DNA of 64,000 nucleotides. Source: an uncultured Gemmatimonadales bacterium. Lineage in GTDB: Bacteria; Gemmatimonadota; Gemmatimonadetes; Gemmatimonadales; GWC2-71-9. How positions within the stretch are numbered: the stretch's first letter is position 1; the number at the start of each line of letters is the position of its first letter. Of the stretch, positions 39,428 through 49,418 are shown piece after piece. A model generated the notes under the pieces. The model saw nothing but the letters and a program-made list of their open reading frames with translations, did not search any database and was not told the origin of the DNA. The position numbers were made by a program, and so were the translations under genes. Location: contig CAVYSW010000009.1 in NCBI GenBank assembly GCA_963771275.1, forward strand, positions 160,001 to 224,000. The letters are read 5' to 3'.

Positions 39428-41965
39428 ATGCGACGTATCAATCGTCTGCTCGCGCTGCTCGCGGCCGGCTTGGTTGCCGGCGCCTGCGCGACGGCCCACA
39501 CCCAGGCCCCGTCCCCGACGCCGCAGCGGGCCCCGACCCCCACGCCACAGCAGGGGCAGGCCGGTCCGCAGGGCGGTCCGGCCAACGGCCGCGCGGCGCC
39601 CCAGCGCCCGCAGGACCGGAAGCCCAAGCCCTACAAGGAAGTGATCACCGCGGAGGCCAAGACCGACTCCGGACTGTTCATCGTCCATCGGGTGGCCGAG
39701 AAGCTCTACTACGAGATCCCGACGGCGGAGCTCGGCAAGGAGATGCTGCTGGTCACGCGGGTCGCCAAGACGCTCACGGGCATCGGCTACGGTGGCGAGG
39801 AGGCCAACGAAGCCGTGCTGCGGTGGCAGCGGCAGGATCAGAAGATCCTGCTGCGCGTCGCGTCCTATGTGAACGTGGCCAGCGACTCGCTGCCGATCGC
39901 GACGGCCGTCCGCACGTCGAATTTCGAGCCGATCCTCCAGGCGTTCGACATCGAGGCGTTCAACGCCGACAGCTCGGCGGTCGTGATCGAGGTGACGCCG
40001 CTGTTCAGCAAGGACGTGCCCATGCTCGGGCTCCAGTCGTCGCGCCGCGAGCAATACAAGGTGCGCCGGCTCGACGAGAGCCGCAGCTATCTCGTGTCGG
40101 CCCACAGCTACCCTCGGAACATCGAGGTGCGGCACGTCCTCACGTACGACGCGAGCGCGGCACCCTCCGACCCGTCGACCGGCGCGATCTCGCTGGAGAT
40201 GAACCAGTCGATGATCCTGCTGCCCGAGCGGCCGCTCCGCCCGCGGCTGTACGACGAGCGCGTGGGGTACTTCGGGATCCGGCAGACCGACTACGGGCTC
40301 GACGTGCAGCGCGCCGAGCAGCGGCGCTACATCGCCCGCTGGCGGCTCGAGCCCACGGATACCGCCGCGTTCCGGCGGGGCGAGCTGGTCGAGCCGGTGA
40401 AGCCGATCGTCTACTACATCGATCCGGCGACCCCCGTCAAGTGGCGGCCGTACCTCAAGCAGGGCATCGAGGACTGGAACGTCGCCTTCGAGGCGGCGGG
40501 CTTCAAGCACGCAATCCGCGCGATGGATCCGCCGACGCCCGAGCAGGACCCAGAGTTCAGCCTCGAGGACGTGCGCTACTCGTCGATCCGCTACTTCGCG
40601 TCCGACATCCAGAACGCCTACGGGCCGCATGTGTCGGATCCGCGGACCGGCGAGATCCTCGAGAGCGACATCGGCTGGTATCACAACGTGATGAACCTCG
40701 TGCGGGACTGGTTCCTGATCCAGACCGCGGCGGCCAACCCGGCGGCGCGGCATATCAGCTTCGATGACAAGCTCATGGGCGAGCTGATTCGCTTCGTGTC
40801 CTCGCACGAGGTGGGCCACACGCTCGGCCTGCCGCACAACATGAAGGCGAGCGCCGCCTATCCGGTGGACTCGCTGCGGTCGGCGGCCTTCACGTGCAAG
40901 ATGAACACCGCGGCGAGCATCATGGACTATGCGCGGTTCAACTACGTCGCGCAGCCCGACGACAAGGGCGTCTGCTTCATGCCCGGGATCGGCGTCTACG
41001 ATCTCTATTCGATCCGGTGGGGCTACCGGCCGATTCTCGACGCCGACTCACCCGACGCCGAGCGGCCGACGCTCGATCGCTGGATCCGCGAGCACGAGGG
41101 CGACCCGATGTACATGTTCGGCGATGCCACCGGCATGGACCCGGCGTCGCAGACCGAGGCGCTCGGTGACGACGGCGTGAAGGCGAGCGAGTACGGCATC
41201 GCCAATCTCAAGCGGATCGTGCCCAACCTGATCGCATGGACCCACGAGCCGCTGACGGACTACAGCCAGCTCGAGGAGCTCTACGGCCAGGCGGTCGGCC
41301 AGTGGGCCCGCTACATGGGCCACGTGACGACCATCGTTGGCGGCATCAACGAGACCCGGAAGAGCGCCGACCAGGCGGGTCCGGTGTACCTGCCGGTGCC
41401 CGAGGCGCAGCAGCGGGCCGCCATGCGGTTCCTCCGCGCCCAGGCGTTCGCGACGCCTACGTGGATGCTGGACCGTGACATCCTCGATCGGATCGAGAAT
41501 CCGGCGGCCGTCGAGCGCATCCGGACGCGGCAGGTGAGCGTCCTGAACGGTCTGCTGTCGTTCGACCGGTTGCAGCGCTTGATCGAGTCCGAGGCGGCAA
41601 TCGGCGGCCGGGCGTACTCGCTGGGCGAGTTCATGGGGGATCTCCACGGAGCCATCTGGAGCGAGCTCACCGCCGGGAGCCCGATCGATGTCTTCCGGCG
41701 TAACCTCCAACGCGGTTACATCGACCGGATGCAGTACCTCATGACGCAGGAGCCACCGCCCATCCCGGCCCAGTTCCGGCAGTTCGTGCGGCGCACGGAG
41801 GTCAACGTCGCGCAGAGCGACATCCGGCCGTTCGCGCGCGGCGAGCTCGAGGGACTGAAGCGCGAGATCAGCGCGGCGCTGCCCAAGGTGTCGGACCGGG
41901 CGACGCAGCTGCACCTGCGCGACGCGCTGGTGCGGATTCAGGACATTCTCGAGCCCAAGAAGTAG
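39428..41965 (+). CDS. Zinc-dependent metalloprotease lipoprotein (DUF5117/DUF4953, EcxA-like)
   Basis: LVAGAC lipobox; DERVGYF, KPIVYYID, DPRTGEI, HEVGHTLGLPH, SIMDY Met-turn. Confidence 0.9.
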   Translation: MRRINRLLALLAAGLVAGACATAHTQAPSPTPQRAPTPTPQQGQAGPQGGPANGRAAPQRPQDRKPKPYKEVITAEAKTDSGLFIVHRVAEKLYYEIPTAELGKEMLLVTRVAKTLTGIGYGGEEANEAVLRWQRQDQKILLRVASYVNVASDSLPIATAVRTSNFEPILQAFDIEAFNADSSAVVIEVTPLFSKDVPMLGLQSSRREQYKVRRLDESRSYLVSAHSYPRNIEVRHVLTYDASAAPSDPSTGAISLEMNQSMILLPERPLRPRLYDERVGYFGIRQTDYGLDVQRAEQRRYIARWRLEPTDTAAFRRGELVEPVKPIVYYIDPATPVKWRPYLKQGIEDWNVAFEAAGFKHAIRAMDPPTPEQDPEFSLEDVRYSSIRYFASDIQNAYGPHVSDPRTGEILESDIGWYHNVMNLVRDWFLIQTAAANPAARHISFDDKLMGELIRFVSSHEVGHTLGLPHNMKASAAYPVDSLRSAAFTCKMNTAASIMDYARFNYVAQPDDKGVCFMPGIGVYDLYSIRWGYRPILDADSPDAERPTLDRWIREHEGDPMYMFGDATGMDPASQTEALGDDGVKASEYGIANLKRIVPNLIAWTHEPLTDYSQLEELYGQAVGQWARYMGHVTTIVGGINETRKSADQAGPVYLPVPEAQQRAAMRFLRAQAFATPTWMLDRDILDRIENPAAVERIRTRQVSVLNGLLSFDRLQRLIESEAAIGGRAYSLGEFMGDLHGAIWSELTAGSPIDVFRRNLQRGYIDRMQYLMTQEPPPIPAQFRQFVRRTEVNVAQSDIRPFARGELEGLKREISAALPKVSDRATQLHLRDALVRIQDILEPKK

Positions 41966-42005
41966 GCCGACGCGCGCGCCGGCGCGCGGGTGAACGGACG
42001 GAGGG

Positions 42006-44393
42006 TCAGCGCGTGCCCTCCGTCCGTTCGCCGTTCACGCGCCCGGCCGATGCCAGCATGATCCCGCCCGCCACGCCGTAGGCTGCCGCGGCGCCGGCGA
42101 ACAGCGCCCCCGAGCCGACCTCGAGTCCCACGATCGCGGCCAGCGGGGCCGCCACCACCGACGCGAAGCCGTTCACCGCCCAGGCCCACGCGGTCCGTCC
42201 CCCATCGGGGCCGACAAGCGCGCGAAGACCGAGGGGAAACGGCGTCCCCATCAGCACACCGAGTGGCGCGAGGACCAGCGCCGCGGCGAGCGCGCGCGCC
42301 GGGAGCGGCCAGGGTTCCGCGAGATGCACCACCGCGAGCAGGAACACGGCGCAGGCCGTGAGCAGGAGGGCGAGCCCGCCGAGCGCGCCGATCGCGCGGA
42401 CCGGCCGCCAGCGATCCGACCACCAGCTGCCGATCCCCGAGCACACCAGCAGGACGGCCAGCACCGACGCCACTGCGTACACCGGGTGGCCGAGGAGGAG
42501 GGTCAGCTGCTGGATCGCCGCCAGCTCCGCCGCGAGATAGGCGAGTCCGATCGCCCCGAAGTACCCGAGCACGGGTGGCAGCGCCACGCCGACTGCGCGA
42601 TGCGCACCGACCAGGACGGGCACCAGCAGCAGCAGCGCAGCCAGGACGAGACTCTGCGCCAGGGTCGCGACCAGGGCCAGGTACCCCAGCTCGGCGAACG
42701 GCAGCCACTCGCCGGCCCCGTGGGTGGCGAACGCGCGCAGCGCCCCGAGCTGCAGGAAGTGATGGGGATACGGGCGCGCGTCGGTCGCCGGCGCCACGCG
42801 GAGTGGATAGGCCTCGGCGAACCGGCGGGCGCCGTCCGCCGACGCCGTGGCCGCGCGTGCCGCCTCGAACAGGACGGGGAACTCGAGGAAGTTGAACCGG
42901 CTTTCGGGCGTCTCGAGCCCGGGCCGCCAGTCGACATCGAACCAACGCGCATCGGCCCAGCGCGTGAGCGCAGCGATCGCGGCGTCGGTGAACCCCGACG
43001 GCCGCACCAGCGTCGTCACCGTCCCCCAGCTCCGCACCACCATGAGTCCGCGCGCGAGCGCCGCCGGATCGCGTCGGCGCAGCGCCTCCGCGGCCGTGAG
43101 GATCACGCGGACCTCCCCCCGGGGCGGCAGGGCGAGCCAGCTCGTGATGGCGAGCACGCCGCCGGGTGCAAGCCGGTCGAGCAGACGCTCGTAGGCCTCG
43201 ACCGTGTGCAGGAAATCCTCGTTGAGCGAATGGACGCCGGCGGCAACCCCGCCGATGCCTCCCGTAGGCCCGAGCGTGATGAGATCGTACCGTTCGCGCG
43301 TCTGCGCGGTGAACGCGCGCGCGCCACCGATCACCCATCGGACGCCCCGTCCGTCGCGGGGACCCGGGAGCCGGGCACGCACCAGGCGTGCGAGCCCGGG
43401 GTTGAGCTCGACGACGGTCACCTCCGCCCCATGATCCAGCGCGGCGGGGACATCCACGCCGGCCGCGCCGCTCAGCGCGAGCACGCGTTCCCGACCCCCG
43501 AGCGCATACGGCAGGCCCGCCGGCAGCCAATCGAGCAGCGGCGTCGTGGCGGGGTCCCAATCCGTCACCGCACCCACCAGCTCGGCATCGAGGAAGATCC
43601 CGGTTTGCGCCGGGAACGCATCCCCGTACGCCAGCGACAGCCCGGGCGCGAAGCGCAGGGCCGGCGCGCGGACACCCACCACCCAGCCGAGCGGGCTGGT
43701 CATCTCGACCGTGCGCTCGGCGCCGGGGTACGCCACCGCCTGCGCAAGCGCCTTGTACGGCAGGACATGAAGCCGCCACGGCGGGTGAGCCCACGCGAGC
43801 GCGCCCAGCAGCACGGCGAGCATGGCGGCGCTCAGGCGCGGGCGCGAACGGACCGCCGCACTCGCCAACACGGCGCCGGCGCCCGCGACCACGGCCGGCA
43901 TGGCGAGCGCCCGGACCGGCGTCATGATCGCCAGCGCGCCGACCGCCGCCACGGCACCCGCCCCGGCCCCGAGGAAGCTCGCGCCGTACAGCGCGCCCGC
44001 GCGCGCCGGTGCCGCTGTGAGCGCCAGCAGCACCGTGAGGGCCCCCAGACCGAAGGGCAGCCCGAGCAGCAGGTACTCGAGCGCCAGCCTCGGCCACTGT
44101 CCGAGCTGCCAGGCCAGTTGGGTCGGATCCACCGGCACGAGACCCACCAGCGCCGGCACGGCCACGAGCGCGAGCGCCGCGAGGATGGCCGACCATGAGA
44201 GCCAGCGCCGCGCTGCGTCTCGCCCGGGTCGGGCCAGGGCCACGATCGTCCCGCTCGCGCCCCCACCCAGCATTGCCACGCCGATCGCCATCGACGCGAA
44301 ATGGTGGAACTGCTCGATGGCGAACACCCGGACGAGGAGGATCTGGTACGCCAGGGTGGCCGCGGCGACGCAGCCCACCGCCAGCGCCGTCAC
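42006..44393 (-). CDS. Membrane protein with central spermidine-synthase-like SAM-binding domain
   Basis: N- and C-terminal TM bundles; VTVVELNP, YDLITL, LAPGGVL, PATDARPY, WAWAVNG; GTG overlaps the pcm stop. Confidence 0.8.
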   Translation of the reverse strand: MTALAVGCVAAATLAYQILLVRVFAIEQFHHFASMAIGVAMLGGGASGTIVALARPGRDAARRWLSWSAILAALALVAVPALVGLVPVDPTQLAWQLGQWPRLALEYLLLGLPFGLGALTVLLALTAAPARAGALYGASFLGAGAGAVAAVGALAIMTPVRALAMPAVVAGAGAVLASAAVRSRPRLSAAMLAVLLGALAWAHPPWRLHVLPYKALAQAVAYPGAERTVEMTSPLGWVVGVRAPALRFAPGLSLAYGDAFPAQTGIFLDAELVGAVTDWDPATTPLLDWLPAGLPYALGGRERVLALSGAAGVDVPAALDHGAEVTVVELNPGLARLVRARLPGPRDGRGVRWVIGGARAFTAQTRERYDLITLGPTGGIGGVAAGVHSLNEDFLHTVEAYERLLDRLAPGGVLAITSWLALPPRGEVRVILTAAEALRRRDPAALARGLMVVRSWGTVTTLVRPSGFTDAAIAALTRWADARWFDVDWRPGLETPESRFNFLEFPVLFEAARAATASADGARRFAEAYPLRVAPATDARPYPHHFLQLGALRAFATHGAGEWLPFAELGYLALVATLAQSLVLAALLLLVPVLVGAHRAVGVALPPVLGYFGAIGLAYLAAELAAIQQLTLLLGHPVYAVASVLAVLLVCSGIGSWWSDRWRPVRAIGALGGLALLLTACAVFLLAVVHLAEPWPLPARALAAALVLAPLGVLMGTPFPLGLRALVGPDGGRTAWAWAVNGFASVVAAPLAAIVGLEVGSGALFAGAAAAYGVAGGIMLASAGRVNGERTEGTR

Positions 44394-45094
44394 CGCAGTC
44401 CTTCGAGCATCGGGACGAAGCGGACCGGAAGCAGCGCCCGCGTCGTCACCCGGCCCCGCTGGTCCTTCTCCACGAGAATCAGGTTCTGCACGCCGTACGC
44501 GCTCCCCACGGGAATCACCAAGCGACCGCCGGTCTTGAGCTGCGTCACGAGAGCCGGCGGGATGTAGCCCGCGGCGGCCGTCACGATCACGGCGTCGAAC
44601 GGCGCCGCCTCCGCCCATCCGAAGTGCCCGTCCCCGTGACGTACGGTCACGCGCCGGTACCCCAGTCGCCGCAGGCGCTCGGCCGCGCTGCCGGCAAGTG
44701 CCTCGAAGATCTCGATGGTGTACACCTCGCATCCGGTCGCCGCGAGCACCGCGGCCTGGTACCCGGAGCCGGTGCCGACCTCGAGCACCTTCATCCCAGG
44801 TACCGGTCGCAGCACCTCGGTCATGTAGGCCACGATGTACGGCTGGGAGATCGTCTGCCCGAGACCGATCGGCAGCGGGTGATCGCCGTAGGCCATGTCA
44901 CGCGCGTCGGCGGGGACGAACTCGTGACGCGGGACCGCGCGCAGGGCGGCGAGCGTCGCGGAGTCGCGCACACCCTCGCGGGCGATGAGGTCCACCATGG
45001 CCTGGCGGCGGGCGCGTTGGGTGGCCTGATCCTGCCCCGGGAGACGGGACGTGACCGCGACGACCTCAAGCAGCGCCAGTAATGCGAGACGCAT
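44390..45094 (-). CDS. pcm: Protein-L-isoaspartate O-methyltransferase with signal-peptide-like N-terminus
   Basis: VPRHEFVP, GQTISQPYIVA, VLEVGTGSGYQAA, APFDAVIVTAA, VRFVPM. Confidence 0.93.
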   Translation of the reverse strand: MRLALLALLEVVAVTSRLPGQDQATQRARRQAMVDLIAREGVRDSATLAALRAVPRHEFVPADARDMAYGDHPLPIGLGQTISQPYIVAYMTEVLRPVPGMKVLEVGTGSGYQAAVLAATGCEVYTIEIFEALAGSAAERLRRLGYRRVTVRHGDGHFGWAEAAPFDAVIVTAAAGYIPPALVTQLKTGGRLVIPVGSAYGVQNLILVEKDQRGRVTTRALLPVRFVPMLEGLR

Positions 45095-45250
45095 CCTCGC
45101 TCCGGAAGCATTGTCACGTAACGATAGGCGCCCGCCGGTTGGGCGGTAATAGGAGGCCGCTCAAGCGGCTACTCGGCGCCATCTGTCGCGCGAGGGCGAC
45201 GCAGAACGCCGCCCGTCTCAGCGGGCAGCGCGCGGCCACCGCGCCAGTCA

Positions 45251-47122
45251 TCACAGCGAGCCCTCCAATGCCGCGTTCACCATCGCCGCTCTCGATCCGT
45301 AGCGCGCCAGCAGCTCAGCCGCCACGCCGTGGGGGACGTTGGTGAGCGCGTAGAGCAGATGGACCCCTTGCACCGCCTCCCGCCGCCGCTCGATAGCGAT
45401 CGCGGTCGCCGACTCGATCGCCGCGGCGGCCTCGGGATGGAGGGGTAGCCGCGGCCGGTCGACGTGCTCCCCGATGGAACGCACCCGGTCCATGACGTCG
45501 GCGCGGAACCGGTCGAGGTCCATCCTGCTCACCCTGGTGAAGAACGTGAGCGGCGACCCGCCAGCTGCCAAGAGACCGAAGAGCAGATTCTCGGGCCGAA
45601 CATCGGCTTGCCCGAGGCGAGCCGCGTCGTCGAGCGCCCGCTCCAGGGCTTCCTGGAGCTTCGGGTCGGGCCGGGGCGGATCCGGCGGGCGCGCGTCGCG
45701 CTCGGCGAGGATTGCGTCGGGGTCCATGCCGCACAGCTCCACGATACGCCGGCGTCCGGGATGGTCCGGCGCGCTCTCGAACAGCTCGCGGGCGATCTCA
45801 CGCGCGGACGATCGGGGGTGCCACCCCCGCAGGTCGAGATCGGCGCCGCAGCGTACCAGGCACTCGACCACCGGCGCCCAGGCGTTCCCGACCGCCACCT
45901 GGATCACCGGATTGCCATACACCAGGCTGTCCAGCGGGAAGCCGCGCGACGCCATGTACTCGAGCACGGCCGTGCGGCCGTTGACCATGGCGATGACGAA
46001 GGCCTCCATGAGGACCTCTTCGTCGTCGGCATCCCCATGCTGCGGCCCGAAGCCCGGCGGCCCAACGGCGTCGAAGTCCGGACGGAGCCGGCACGCCACG
46101 GGCTTGGGCTTGCCCTTGGCATCGAGTGAGCGGCGCACCCCCTCGACGTCGCCGAGCCCGGCGGAGATCCACAACGCCCCGCGCGGCGTGGCGCGCGCGG
46201 CCACGAGGTCCACCGCCTCGCCGTTCCAGTACAAGATCAGTGCATGCTCCAGGACTGGAATGCCGTTGGGCGCCACCCAGTTGGGATCCGCGCCGCGGTC
46301 GAGCAGCCAGCGTACCTTCTCGGCTTTCATGTGGATGCGACCGCAGAGTTGCCGGTTGAGCTCGAGATGGAGATCGAGTCCCTGCGCGGCGAGCCAATCC
46401 ATGATCGGACGCGTCGCCGCCCGGCCGAGGATCCGCTCGTGATGGATGGCGGTTCTGAGCAGGCTGCCCCCTTTGGCAACCTCATAGTCCGTTGGGTGCA
46501 GCAGCTCGGGATGCGCCTGGACCACGCGCTCGAGCGCCTCCAGGTCGCCCGCTTCCATGGCCTGGCTGGCGAGTGCGAGGGGATGCACCTCCCAATCGTC
46601 CACCTGCCTGGGACCTTCCGCCTCACAGCGCTCGAGCAGCACCTCCCAGCTGGGATAGCCGTAGCCTCGCGCCACCGCGAGACGCGCGTCGTCCTCGGTG
46701 ACCACGGACACGAACACGTCGTCCAGGCGCATCCCATAGAACTGCGGCACGTACGCGGCGAGCTGGCGCGCCGCGACGATCCGCCAGTTGCGATGCCGGG
46801 CCAGCAGTCCGCGGACGCTCTCGTCGAGAAAGTCACGGGGGAGATACTGGACCGATCCGTGGTTCAAGCGCTGGCGATGGACGTCGCCGAAGTAACGGAC
46901 CAGCCTGGGCCAGCTCGTGAATCCATACTCGCGCGCGATGACGAGCTGCGCGTCGGCGAGGCGGATCCGCGCCGGCGCGGACGCGTCGATCGCCGGATGT
47001 CGCGCGCGGGCGCGGGCGCGCGCCTCGGAGTCGCCGGCACGCAGTCGGCGGAGCAGCGCCTTGGCCTCTTTCTTCTCGAACTCGAGGTTGGGCTGGGGCG
47101 GGAGCGGGCGCAATGCGGACAT
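45251..47122 (-). CDS. AREYGFxSW helical domain (x2) plus ankyrin-like repeats plus C-terminal double Clp-N domain
   Basis: LPPQPNLEFEKKEAKALL...AQLVIAREYGFTSW; second ARGYGYPSW; LLDRGADPN, LVRCGADLD; ENLLFGLL and HLLYAL Clp-N motifs; GAAAGGGG RBS. Confidence 0.8.
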   Translation of the reverse strand: MSALRPLPPQPNLEFEKKEAKALLRRLRAGDSEARARARARHPAIDASAPARIRLADAQLVIAREYGFTSWPRLVRYFGDVHRQRLNHGSVQYLPRDFLDESVRGLLARHRNWRIVAARQLAAYVPQFYGMRLDDVFVSVVTEDDARLAVARGYGYPSWEVLLERCEAEGPRQVDDWEVHPLALASQAMEAGDLEALERVVQAHPELLHPTDYEVAKGGSLLRTAIHHERILGRAATRPIMDWLAAQGLDLHLELNRQLCGRIHMKAEKVRWLLDRGADPNWVAPNGIPVLEHALILYWNGEAVDLVAARATPRGALWISAGLGDVEGVRRSLDAKGKPKPVACRLRPDFDAVGPPGFGPQHGDADDEEVLMEAFVIAMVNGRTAVLEYMASRGFPLDSLVYGNPVIQVAVGNAWAPVVECLVRCGADLDLRGWHPRSSAREIARELFESAPDHPGRRRIVELCGMDPDAILAERDARPPDPPRPDPKLQEALERALDDAARLGQADVRPENLLFGLLAAGGSPLTFFTRVSRMDLDRFRADVMDRVRSIGEHVDRPRLPLHPEAAAAIESATAIAIERRREAVQGVHLLYALTNVPHGVAAELLARYGSRAAMVNAALEGSL

Positions 47123-47138
47123 GAGACCCCTTTCGCAG

Positions 47139-47310
47139 CGGCCCGTGTCCGCCTGGTGGGCCCGAAAAGAGGGTGACGCGATCGAGCAGGTGGAGCGACG
47201 ACGTCGGATGGGACCATCCCTTTCCGCGGACCGGTAGCGCTCCGACGGCGCTTCCCCAAGACTCGCGGGCGCCGGGGATGCCGTCAAGTGGGCACCCAGT
47301 GGCACGGCGC
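47139..47310 (-). ncRNA. Candidate structured leader RNA
   Basis: Nested complementary segments CCGTG/CACGG, CTGG/CCAG, GCCC/GGGC, GACGGC/GCCGTC, CCCC/GGGG, GAAAGGG/CCCTCTTTTC directly upstream of the RBS. Confidence 0.55.
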
Positions 47311-47393
47311 TTCGTGAGAGCGCCTTTCGCTTCACCGGCGGCTCTTCCCGCGCGCGGCTAGCTCGGGGCCCCTCCCTCTTTGTACCTTGCGCC

Positions 47394-48149
47394 ATGCGCG
47401 CGTTTCCCCCGGCCGTCCTCGGCCTCGCACTCACCGTCCCCTCCGTCGTCCTCGCCCAGGGCAGTCCGCGCGACATCGTGGACCAAGTGGACCGCCTGAT
47501 GCGCGGCCATTCGAGCCGCGCGACGGTCACGATGGAGATCGTCACCGCGCACTGGCAGCGCACCATGGAGCTCCGCGTCTGGTCGCTCGGCACCCGCTAC
47601 GCGCTGATCCGCATCCTGTCCCCCGCCAAGGACGCGGGGACCGCCACCCTCAAGGCCGGCAACGAGATCTGGAACTACCTGCCGCGCGTCGATCGGACGA
47701 TCAAGGTGCCGTCCTCGCTCATGGGCGCGGCGTGGATGGGCTCCCACTTCACCAACGACGACCTCGTGAAGGAGAGCCGCATCATCGACGACTACGATAT
47801 CGCGATCGGCTACGAGGGACCGCGTGACGGCGTGAATGTGTGGGAGTTCGTGCTCACCCCCAAGCCCGACGCGGCGGTGGTGTGGGGCCGGATCGAGGAG
47901 CAGGTGCGGCAGGCGGACCTCATGCCCACCTGGGCCAAGTACTATGACGAGCGCGGCCGGCTGGCCCGCTCGATCACGTTCGGCGCCTACCGGCGGATGG
48001 GTGGCCGCCTGGTACCGGCGGTGATGACCGTGGTGCCGACCGACAAACCGGAAGAGCGCACCGTGCTGCGCTACACCGATCTGGCCTTCGACGTGGGCCT
48101 CGATCCGGCCTTCTTCTCGCTCCGGCAGCTGCGGAGCGACGGGCGCTGA
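47394..48149 (+). CDS. LolA-like outer-membrane lipoprotein-sorting protein
   Basis: Signal peptide; SPAKDAGTATLK, WNYLP, WMGSHFTNDDL, FFSLRQL. Confidence 0.85.
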   Translation: MRAFPPAVLGLALTVPSVVLAQGSPRDIVDQVDRLMRGHSSRATVTMEIVTAHWQRTMELRVWSLGTRYALIRILSPAKDAGTATLKAGNEIWNYLPRVDRTIKVPSSLMGAAWMGSHFTNDDLVKESRIIDDYDIAIGYEGPRDGVNVWEFVLTPKPDAAVVWGRIEEQVRQADLMPTWAKYYDERGRLARSITFGAYRRMGGRLVPAVMTVVPTDKPEERTVLRYTDLAFDVGLDPAFFSLRQLRSDGR

Positions 48150-48154
48150 CGCCG

Positions 48155-49417
48155 ATGGCCACCCGTCCCTGGTGGCGCATCGGCTGGCGCAACCTCGGCC
48201 GCAACCGCCGCCGCACCGTGCTCACCGCCGTCGGGCTGGCGGTGGGCTACACGTCGGTCGTGGTCATTGCGGGCCTGACGGACGGCCTCACCAACGAGAT
48301 GGTGGATACGGCGACGGGGATCATCACCGGCCAGGTGCAGATCCACACCCCCGCGTACCTGCCGGATCGCAGCGTGTACGAGACGATCGGCGGCGACGCC
48401 GGGACCGACGTCGGGGCCCTGCTCGGCGCGGCCAGTGCAGACCCGGCGGTGACCGGCGCCGCGCCGCGCGTCTATGCCGGCGGACTGATCAGCTCCGGCG
48501 CCGCGACGGTCGGGGCCATGCTGGTCGGCGTGGATCCGGCCCGCGAGCCCACCGTCACCCGGCTCCCGGCCGCCGTGCGCGCGGGCGGCTTCCCGACAGC
48601 CGGGAAAAAGGAGCTGCTCATCGGCCGGGGCATGGCGACCCAGCTGGGCGTGGCGCCGGGCGCACAGCTCGTGCTGGTGGCCCCGGCCGCGGACGGCTCG
48701 CTCGGCAACGACCTGTTCACCGTGAGCGGGGTGTTCGAGAGCGGCATGCAGGATCTCGATCAGGGCTACGCGCTCCTCCCGCTCGACGTGCTGCAGGAGC
48801 TGCTGGCCCTGGCGCCCGGCCGCATCCACGAAGTCGCCCTCCGGGTGGAGGACCCCTGGCAGGCACCTGCCGTCGCCGAGCGGGTCGGCGCGCGCCTGCG
48901 GGACCTCGCCGCCACGCCGCTGCTGGTCCAGCCATGGACCGTGCTCCGCCCCGAGCTGGTGGACTACGCCCGGCTCGCCAGGGCATCGCTTTGGATCGTG
49001 CTGGTCGTGATCTTCGCCATGGCGATCTTCGGCGTCGCCAACACGCTGCTGATGGCGACGTTCGAACGACGCTACGAGTTCGCGCTGTTGCTCGCGCTCG
49101 GCGCCGCGCCGCGCGGCATCGTCCGCGCCATCCTGATCGAGGGGATGGCGCTGGGCGTCGTCAGCATCGCTCTCGGCGCGCTCACCAGCGTCCCGCTCAT
49201 TCTCTGGCTCCATCATGCGCCGCTCGACCTGAGCCGCTTCGTCGGCGGATTCACCATGGCCGGCGCCCTGGTGCGGCCGCTGCTCCGTGCCGACTACCCG
49301 ACGGCGATGTTCTTCGCCGCCGGGGCGACGCTGCTCATCACCACGCTGCTGGCCTCGCTCTACCCGGCGTTCCGCGCGACCCGCATTCCGCCGGCCGACA
49401 CGCTGCAGGGACGCTGA
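48155..49417 (+). CDS. ABC transporter permease (MacB/FtsX, LolC/E-like)
   Basis: WRNLGRNRRRT, periplasmic loop, MATFERRYEFALLLALG, SLYPAFRA. Confidence 0.9.
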   Translation: MATRPWWRIGWRNLGRNRRRTVLTAVGLAVGYTSVVVIAGLTDGLTNEMVDTATGIITGQVQIHTPAYLPDRSVYETIGGDAGTDVGALLGAASADPAVTGAAPRVYAGGLISSGAATVGAMLVGVDPAREPTVTRLPAAVRAGGFPTAGKKELLIGRGMATQLGVAPGAQLVLVAPAADGSLGNDLFTVSGVFESGMQDLDQGYALLPLDVLQELLALAPGRIHEVALRVEDPWQAPAVAERVGARLRDLAATPLLVQPWTVLRPELVDYARLARASLWIVLVVIFAMAIFGVANTLLMATFERRYEFALLLALGAAPRGIVRAILIEGMALGVVSIALGALTSVPLILWLHHAPLDLSRFVGGFTMAGALVRPLLRADYPTAMFFAAGATLLITTLLASLYPAFRATRIPPADTLQGR

Positions 49418-49418
49418 G

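Noticed and set aside
45251..47593. 780-aa version of the ankyrin/Clp-N ORF
   Set aside because: The extension overlaps the divergent LolA-like gene and the structured leader; the RBS supports ATG 47122
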